This document shows, piece after piece, positions 26,346 to 32,000 of a stretch of 32,000 nt of DNA. Made by a program: the position numbers and the translations under genes. Every line of letters begins with the position of its first letter. Position 1 is the first letter of the stretch. This DNA is from Erysipelotrichaceae bacterium (GTDB lineage: Bacteria; Bacillota_I; Bacilli_A; Erysipelotrichales; Erysipelotrichaceae). A model generated the notes under the pieces. The model did not search any database. It worked only from the letters and a program-made list of their open reading frames with translations, and had not been told where the DNA came from. The DNA is taken from the NCBI GenBank assembly GCA_963663995.1, contig OY760660.1, positions 270,001 to 302,000 on the forward strand, read 5' to 3'.

Positions 26346-27515
26346 TTAATTTAAATAGTTAAGTGGGTTTTGATAGCTACCATTTTTTAAGACTTCAAAG
26401 TGTAAATGGGTTCCAGTAACATAACCAGTTTTTCCCATACCTGCAATTTTTTGTCCAGCATTTACGGTATCACCAACACTCACACCAATCGTATTTAAGT
26501 GTCCATATTTAGTGACTAATCCATTACCATGATCTATAGCAATACAATTACCTAAAGCACCTTCCCAACCAGCAGTAATAACAGTACCGGCAGCATATGC
26601 ATAAATAGGTGTATTTAAACTGTTTGAGATATCAATGCCTGAGTGGAATGTTCTAACCCCAGTAATAGGATGGGTACGATAACCAAAATAACTTTGGAAA
26701 GTACCATTAGTCACACCGAAGTTACCGCCAGTGTCACGCATTACAGTTGCTTTTGTACCAACTTTAACAACATGAGTACTAGCTTCTTCAAGGATTGTTT
26801 CATTTAAGACAATCGTTTCTTGAGCAACACCATTAAGTAAAGTAATCTTATACTCAACTTCTTTTAAGCCTTCAACACCTTGTTCAATAATTGTTCTTTC
26901 ATCTGCATATAAACTACTATCTTTAATCGTTTCAACTTCATAAGGGATAACTTCTTCAACAATATTTGTGAAACTGATTTTTACATCGATAACAGGATCA
27001 GCAGCTTCTAATAAGATTTCATCACCTGGGTGAATGAGTTCAGGATCTAAACTTGGATTTAGTAAAATAATACTATCAATGGAGACTTGATAGTTTTCAG
27101 CAATCTTCCAAACATTATCGCCTTCTTGAACAACCACGATTTCGGCTGATGTTTCAGTTTGAGATAAATAATCTCGCAATAGATCTAAACTATCATACGC
27201 ATTTCCATCAATTTTAGTTTCTCTAATCTCAATTTTTTGAAGGAACTCCATACTTTCGATTTGAGCATTTTCATCTACTAAAGCGAAATAACTCTCTTTG
27301 TATTGATCTAAAACTTCTTGCACTTCTTCAACATTTTGGAAGGTATAAAGGATTTCATCGTCAACAACGAATTGATATGCTTTATTTAAGATTAATGATC
27401 GTGGTTGAATTCCTTGAGTAGGAATTAACATCATCACGAATAATATAAAGAAAAACCCAAATAATAAATGGGATTTTGATAGTTTGTTTAAGGTTTGATT
27501 TATTTTGTCTCGCAT
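26346..27515 (-). CDS. Membrane-anchored LysM-G5-M23 peptidoglycan endopeptidase
   Basis: N-terminal TM anchor, LysM (VVVQEGDNVWKIAENYQVSIDSIILLNP), a G5-like segment, and M23 motifs HSGIDI and HLHFEV. Track start is GTG 27563; ATG 27515 is preferred. Confidence 0.85.
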   Translation of the reverse strand: MRDKINQTLNKLSKSHLLFGFFFILFVMMLIPTQGIQPRSLILNKAYQFVVDDEILYTFQNVEEVQEVLDQYKESYFALVDENAQIESMEFLQKIEIRETKIDGNAYDSLDLLRDYLSQTETSAEIVVVQEGDNVWKIAENYQVSIDSIILLNPSLDPELIHPGDEILLEAADPVIDVKISFTNIVEEVIPYEVETIKDSSLYADERTIIEQGVEGLKEVEYKITLLNGVAQETIVLNETILEEASTHVVKVGTKATVMRDTGGNFGVTNGTFQSYFGYRTHPITGVRTFHSGIDISNSLNTPIYAYAAGTVITAGWEGALGNCIAIDHGNGLVTKYGHLNTIGVSVGDTVNAGQKIAGMGKTGYVTGTHLHFEVLKNGSYQNPLNYLN

Positions 27516-27642
27516 GAAACTATTATAGTAGAAAATGACTAAAAATATTGTGTCTTTTTTCACATATTTTCTCAGCTATTTAAATTTATATATATTATGT
27601 TGTTTTTTAGATGAAAAACCATATAACTTTAATAGTATTTAG

Positions 27643-27651
27643 TGTTAAAAT
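27643..27651 (+). promoter_or_regulatory. Extended -10 element 6 nt upstream of the 27-aa ORF
   Basis: TGtTAAAAT (27643-27651), then TTATCT, then ATG 27658. Confidence 0.45.
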
Positions 27652-27657
27652 TTATCT

Positions 27658-27741
27658 ATGTCAATGATCTTTTTAATAGGTTTAGGTATAGTCTTTATAT
27701 TTATTGCGATTGTCGCAACACTAGCCTTCATCAAACACTAA
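27658..27741 (+). CDS. Unlisted small ORF: 27-aa single-TM hydrophobic peptide (MSMIFLIGLGIVFIFIAIVATLAFIKH)
   Basis: Hand translation. An extended -10 lies at the leaderless spacing, and a terminator hairpin begins 5 nt after the stop codon. Too short to appear in the ORF track. Confidence 0.45.
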   Translation: MSMIFLIGLGIVFIFIAIVATLAFIKH

Positions 27742-27771
27742 AAAACAGTTTATCGTGTAAACTGCTTTTTT
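27741..27771. terminator. Bidirectional terminator shared by the small ORF (+) and the distal mgtE (-)
   Basis: A5, then CAGTTTA (27746-27752) paired with TAAACTG (27758-27764), loop TCGTG, then C and T6 (27766-27771). Confidence 0.55.
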
Positions 27772-29125
27772 AGATCGTAATAAAGCGTATCGCTAAATTG
27801 AAGTATACAAGCAAAGCTAATGCATCAACGATAGTCGTAATAAGTGGGGATGCCATAGCAGCTGGATCTTGTTTTAAGGCTAGTGCTATTAGTGGGAGTA
27901 AACCACCAGTTGTTTTAGCCATTAAGATTGTGATAAAGATGGTGATTGAAATGATTAAATCAACCTGTAAACTATTTTCAGGATTAAAGACAAGGAGTCT
28001 AATAACATTTACCGCAAATAGAATAAGGCCAATCACAAAAGCTACCCTTAATTCTTTAAATAATACTTTTGCGAAATCTTTCAAGGTTAAATTTTCTAAG
28101 GCGATATCACGAATAACCATAATAGATGCCTGGGAGCCAGCATTACCAGCCGTTGACATAATCATCGGTAAGGAAACTGCTAGAGCTGGAATATAAGCTA
28201 ATGCGTCTTCATAACCTTGTAAGATAAATCCTGTAAAAGTTGCTGAAACCATTAAGACAACTAGCCAGGTAATGCGTGATTTTGCCATAATTAATGAACT
28301 AGTCTCTACATAGGATCCATCCATTGGATTGATTGCGGCAATCTTCTGCATATCTTCGGTTGTTTCTTCAACCATAACGTCGATAATATCATCAACGGTT
28401 ATAATACCCATTAGTTTAAATTCATTATTGACTACCGGTAGTACGTTATAGTCATATTTTTTAAAGGTGTTGGAAACTTCTTCTTGGTCGTCATTGGTAT
28501 TAATCGCAATTACATCACTTTCCATTAAGTCACCAATCACTTCATTTTCTTGGGCGAATAGAATATCGCGTAAACGTATTGAACCAACTAAGGTTCTATT
28601 TTCATCAACAATATAGGAGTTGGTGATTGTTTCAGCCCCTTTACCTTGTCGCTTAATACGCGTAATGGCTTGCTTAACCGTATTGCTACGCTTGAGTTCA
28701 ACAAAATCAACAGTCATCATTGAACCAGCTGAATCTTCTGGATAACTCAGTAATAAGTTTATGTTGGCTCTTTGATCAACGCCAGCATTTCTAAGAAGTT
28801 TTGTCACTAAATTAGAAGGGAGTTCTTCAATAAAATCAACAATATCATCAGTGTATAAATTTTCTAACATCTTCTCTATTTCAGGACCACTAAAAGCTTC
28901 TATAACATCTTGTTGAATCGTGGATGTAAGATAGGTGAAAAGTTCAGCACTAATATCTTTCTTTAGTATTTTAAATAACAAAAGAATGGATTCTAAATCA
29001 AGATCACACACTAATGCGGCTAAGTCTACAATGTTATAGTCTTCAAAAACCGTTCTGATTTCAGTATATTTGCGTGCTTCAATAATTGCTTTGAAGATTT
29101 TGAGATTCATTTTCTTCTTTGCCAT
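27770..29125 (-). CDS. mgtE: Magnesium transporter MgtE, paralogue 2 (distal)
   Basis: 451 aa. N-domain, CBS pair and TM domain with GNAGSQAS and LKQDPAAMASPLITTIVDA motifs. Confidence 0.9.
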   Translation of the reverse strand: MAKKKMNLKIFKAIIEARKYTEIRTVFEDYNIVDLAALVCDLDLESILLLFKILKKDISAELFTYLTSTIQQDVIEAFSGPEIEKMLENLYTDDIVDFIEELPSNLVTKLLRNAGVDQRANINLLLSYPEDSAGSMMTVDFVELKRSNTVKQAITRIKRQGKGAETITNSYIVDENRTLVGSIRLRDILFAQENEVIGDLMESDVIAINTNDDQEEVSNTFKKYDYNVLPVVNNEFKLMGIITVDDIIDVMVEETTEDMQKIAAINPMDGSYVETSSLIMAKSRITWLVVLMVSATFTGFILQGYEDALAYIPALAVSLPMIMSTAGNAGSQASIMVIRDIALENLTLKDFAKVLFKELRVAFVIGLILFAVNVIRLLVFNPENSLQVDLIISITIFITILMAKTTGGLLPLIALALKQDPAAMASPLITTIVDALALLVYFNLAIRFITI

Positions 29126-30486
29126 TAGAGGTACCTCATAAAACTAGTCGCAATACTGAAATATGTGATCAGTGATATTGCATCAACTAAAGTAGTGATA
29201 AAAGGACCAGCCATTGTGGCAGGATCTTGTTTGAGTAAAACAGCGATTAAAGGAAGTAAACCACCTACTAAGTTGGCACTTAAAACAATAACAAGTATCG
29301 TTGCAGACACTAATAAGGCAATATTCCAGCCAACTTCAGGCATAAATAAACCAATTCTTAAGGTGTTTATTACAAATAAAACAAGTCCAATATATAAAGA
29401 AACAGTTACTTCTTTTTTAATAATATCTAATGCATCTTTTAATCCCATATCGTCAATAATGATTCCTCGAATAACCATTGATGAGGCTTGAGATCCTGCA
29501 TTACCACCCGTATCCATCAACATAGGGATAAAGATGGCTAAAGTTGGAAGTAAAACTAATAATTCTTGGTTACTAGAAACGATATAGCCTGTAAAGGTTG
29601 CTGAAATCATTAATATCATCAACCAAGGTAATCGAGATTTCACAATTTCTATTGTATTTGAATTGAGATAAGAATCACTAATAGGATTCATCGAACCCAT
29701 TTTATGGAAATCTTCTGTTGCTTCTTCTTCAAAAACGTCTAAGATATCATCAACCGTAATAATCCCTAGAATTACACCTGTACTATCAACAACAGGAATT
29801 GCCGTAATATCATATTTTGATATTAGTTTAGCGGCTTCTTCTTGGTCATCGCTAGTAAAAACTGAATGTACATCATTTTCCATGATATCTTCTATTTTAA
29901 TTAAATCTTGGGCAAATAGAATTTCTTTCAATTCTACAACCCCAACTAAATGGTTCTTATCATCAACGATATAACACCAAGCGATTGTTTCTGCTAACTT
30001 ACCTTGACGTGATATTTTACGCATAGCTGCTTCAACTGTCGTATTTGAACGTAAAGTTATGAATTCATTACTCATGATTGAACCACAGGAATTTTCTTCA
30101 TAACTTAAAAATGTGTTAATATCCTGTCTTAGTTCTGGTGACGCAGAATTCAAAATCTTCATCACTAATTCATCTGGTAATTCACTTAAGATTTCATTCA
30201 AGTCATCAGAATAGAGCTCTTCTAATAATTTATGAAGCATTTCTGGGTGAAGATGATTAGATAAGCGTTCAACCGTTTCAGGATCTAAATAGGTTAAAAG
30301 TTCAGCCCCAATATCTTTTCTAAGAATTTTGAAAAGATGTAATAGTTGATCGGTTTCTAAAGGGTCGACAATCGCAGCAGCATCAACAATATTTGTTTCA
30401 TCAAAAAAAGTACGAATACGTTTGTATTCTTTTGATTCAATTGCTTGCGAAAGGTTTTCAAATGTTTCGATTTCTAATAGTTCCAT
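29125..30486 (-). CDS. mgtE: Magnesium transporter MgtE, paralogue 1 (proximal)
   Basis: Same architecture (GNAGSQAS; LKQDPATMAGPFITTLVDA). Its stop overlaps the paralogue-2 start (TAATG at 29127-29123). Start is uncertain: ATG 30486 (MELLEIE, best aligned with the paralogue), ATG 30513 or TTG 30522. Confidence 0.85.
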   Translation of the reverse strand: MELLEIETFENLSQAIESKEYKRIRTFFDETNIVDAAAIVDPLETDQLLHLFKILRKDIGAELLTYLDPETVERLSNHLHPEMLHKLLEELYSDDLNEILSELPDELVMKILNSASPELRQDINTFLSYEENSCGSIMSNEFITLRSNTTVEAAMRKISRQGKLAETIAWCYIVDDKNHLVGVVELKEILFAQDLIKIEDIMENDVHSVFTSDDQEEAAKLISKYDITAIPVVDSTGVILGIITVDDILDVFEEEATEDFHKMGSMNPISDSYLNSNTIEIVKSRLPWLMILMISATFTGYIVSSNQELLVLLPTLAIFIPMLMDTGGNAGSQASSMVIRGIIIDDMGLKDALDIIKKEVTVSLYIGLVLFVINTLRIGLFMPEVGWNIALLVSATILVIVLSANLVGGLLPLIAVLLKQDPATMAGPFITTLVDAISLITYFSIATSFMRYL

Positions 30487-30627
30487 CTCTTTTATTTTAA
30501 GGGTTATTAGCATATTAACCAAACAAAAAGTCAGCTTTTAAAAAATATATAGATAAAATTCTACAAATTTCAAAGAAAACATTGACTTAAAGTGAACTCA
30601 AGGGTTTAGGATAGTTATGGAGACTTT

Positions 30628-31053
30628 ATGAATCAAATAGAAAAAGCAAAACAAATATTAGTAGAAAATGATTATACATGTGTCCTATTAAAGAATGACA
30701 CGCAATATACAAGTAAGAAAAAAGGGGTAGCACCAGTCCTTGATTTAATGAGCGAGGGCATTGATTTAGAAGGCTTTGTCTTAGCTGATCGAGTCATTGG
30801 GAAAAGCGTTGCATACTTAGTTGTTGAAGCAAAAATTAAAGAAGTTTATACCTATATGATTAGTCAACATGCGATTGAGGTGTTTGAGAAATATCAAATT
30901 CCTTTTATCTATACAATAAAAGTAGATCGTATTTTAAATAATACAAAAGATGGCTTTTGTCCAATGGAATCAACAGTACTTGATGTCAATGATCCCACAG
31001 AAGCTTTTGTATTATTGGAAAATAAATTAAAAACACTTAGGAAGGGGATTTAA
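30628..31053 (+). CDS. DUF1893 (TM1506-like) protein
   Basis: 141 aa. The pattern YTCVLLKND...KGVAPVLDL...DRVIGKSVAYL...GFCPMES resembles the DUF1893 family. GGAG SD. Confidence 0.55.
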   Translation: MNQIEKAKQILVENDYTCVLLKNDTQYTSKKKGVAPVLDLMSEGIDLEGFVLADRVIGKSVAYLVVEAKIKEVYTYMISQHAIEVFEKYQIPFIYTIKVDRILNNTKDGFCPMESTVLDVNDPTEAFVLLENKLKTLRKGI

Positions 31054-31055
31054 GA

Positions 31056-32000
31056 ATGGATAGAATTAAAAAGAATTTTGGATTTGGTTGTATGCGATTA
31101 CCGATGAATGGAGAGAAAGTTGATACCGTTGAATTTTCTAAAATGGTAGATGAATTTATTGATCAAGGGTTCAACTATTTTGATACAGCCCATGGTTATT
31201 TAAAAGGGGAAAGTGAAAAAGCAATTAAAGAATGTTTAACTTCTCGTCATGATAGAAGTGAATATTTACTCGCTAATAAATTAACTGCACCATATTTTGA
31301 TAAAGAAGAGGATGTTAAGCCTTTCTTTGAGTCACAGTTAGAACTTTGTGGTGTTGATTACTTTGATTTTTACTTAATGCATGCACAAAGCAGTAATAAT
31401 TTTCCGCATTTCAAAGCATGTCGAGCTTATGAACAAGCTTTTGAATTAAAAGCAGCTGGTAAAATTAGACATGTAGGCTTGTCCTTTCATGATCAAGCGA
31501 GTGTATTAGATAGTATTTTAGAGCAATATCCAGAGATTGAGTTTGTCCAAATTCAATTCAACTACTTAGATTTAGATGATCCGGCTATTGAATCACGTAA
31601 ATGTGCCGAAGTATGTTTAAAACATAAAAAACCTATGGTCATTATGGAACCAGTAAAAGGTGGTAACTTAGTTAATATGCCTGAGCCTGCTTTAAAAATC
31701 TTGAGTGATTTAGAAGGTGGCTCAGCAGCCAGTTATGCGATTCGTTTTGCGGCAAGTCAAGAAGGTGTCATGATGGTTTTATCTGGCATGAGTAATCTTG
31801 AACAAATGAATGATAATCTTTCTACAATGAAAGATTTCAAACCGTTAAATGAAATTGAATATAAAGCCATCGATGAAGTTAGACATTACTTTAAAACATT
31901 GAATTTAATTGGTTGCACGGCTTGTCAATACTGTGTCGAAGGATGTCCAGAACAAATCCTTATGCCAGACATTTTCTCAGCAGTAAATAACTATCATCTT
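31056..32000 (+). CDS. Aldo/keto reductase with C-terminal 4Fe-4S-type Cys cluster (3' end outside the window)
   Basis: Hand translation from ATG 31056 (SD AGGAAGGGG). Open through 32000 with no stop. Contains MDRIKKNFGFGCMRLP...FDTAHGY...HVGLSFH...CTACQYCVEGCP. Not in the ORF track because it has no stop in the window. Confidence 0.8.
   Translation, partial: MDRIKKNFGFGCMRLPMNGEKVDTVEFSKMVDEFIDQGFNYFDTAHGYLKGESEKAIKECLTSRHDRSEYLLANKLTAPYFDKEEDVKPFFESQLELCGVDYFDFYLMHAQSSNNFPHFKACRAYEQAFELKAAGKIRHVGLSFHDQASVLDSILEQYPEIEFVQIQFNYLDLDDPAIESRKCAEVCLKHKKPMVIMEPVKGGNLVNMPEPALKILSDLEGGSAASYAIRFAASQEGVMMVLSGMSNLEQMNDNLSTMKDFKPLNEIEYKAIDEVRHYFKTLNLIGCTACQYCVEGCPEQILMPDIFSAVNNYHL

Noticed and set aside
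27798-28196. 132-aa ORF antisense to the distal mgtE; a matching 108-aa antisense ORF lies at 29165-29491 in the proximal mgtE
   Set aside because: Both lie opposite the same conserved TM-domain region of paralogous genes, so their apparent 'conservation' is a shadow of the sense-strand conservation. No promoter, SD or terminator. AT-rich antisense frames often stay open.
30523-30627. Possible M-box (ykoK) Mg2+ riboswitch upstream of the mgtE pair
   Set aside because: The region is only ~100-140 nt and extremely AT-rich, and it lacks the GC-rich conserved helices and cores of the M-box. It holds only ordinary promoter-like elements (TTGAAA-16-TATATA on the minus strand, and the DUF1893 promoter on the plus strand). 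A covariance-model scan would be decisive.
1-32000. CRISPR arrays, tRNA/rRNA genes, toxin-antitoxin pairs or known defence-system genes
   Set aside because: No spaced direct repeats, no cloverleaf-like GC-rich segments, and no ORFs with nuclease, ATPase or defence hallmarks were seen on either strand.

Overview
AT-rich (roughly one-third GC by eye) chromosomal segment that looks like a low-GC Gram-positive (Bacillota-type) genome using the standard code. I cannot name the taxon. About 27 protein genes on both strands, mostly housekeeping or accessory metabolism. In window order: LTA-synthase-like membrane enzyme, IS30-family IS, cold-shock protein, orphan OppA-type lipoprotein, BaiN/HI0933-type flavoprotein, YdeI-like protein, LysR regulator, membrane HD-GYP protein, threonine-aldolase-family PLP enzyme, two overlapping paralogous small 4-TM proteins, a YtrA-type GntR + ABC ATPase + permease operon, MFS transporter, SnoaL-like protein, IS1182-family IS, secreted DUF2202 ferritin-like protein, two overlapping HutC/UTRA regulators + Apt-like phosphoribosyltransferase, flavodoxin-like protein, monocistronic glutamate synthase large subunit, LysM-G5-M23 peptidase, two translationally coupled MgtE paralogues, DUF1893 protein, and a partial Fe-S aldo/keto reductase. 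I found no rRNA, tRNA, CRISPR array, recognisable riboswitch or known defence system. Main observations: (1) at least seven genes share an exact '-10 hexamer, 6-7 nt, ATG' layout with no Shine-Dalgarno, so they look leaderless, and several longest-ORF starts look over-extended; (2) the same layout reveals a complete unlisted mini-gene for a 27-aa single-TM peptide that shares a bidirectional terminator with the mgtE pair; (3) tandem TAATG-coupled mgtE paralogues with no M-box; (4) a canonical plus a degenerate HutC regulator pair coupled to a PRT; (5) unusual end structures on both IS elements. All functional calls rest on motif recognition by eye. No database search was possible.
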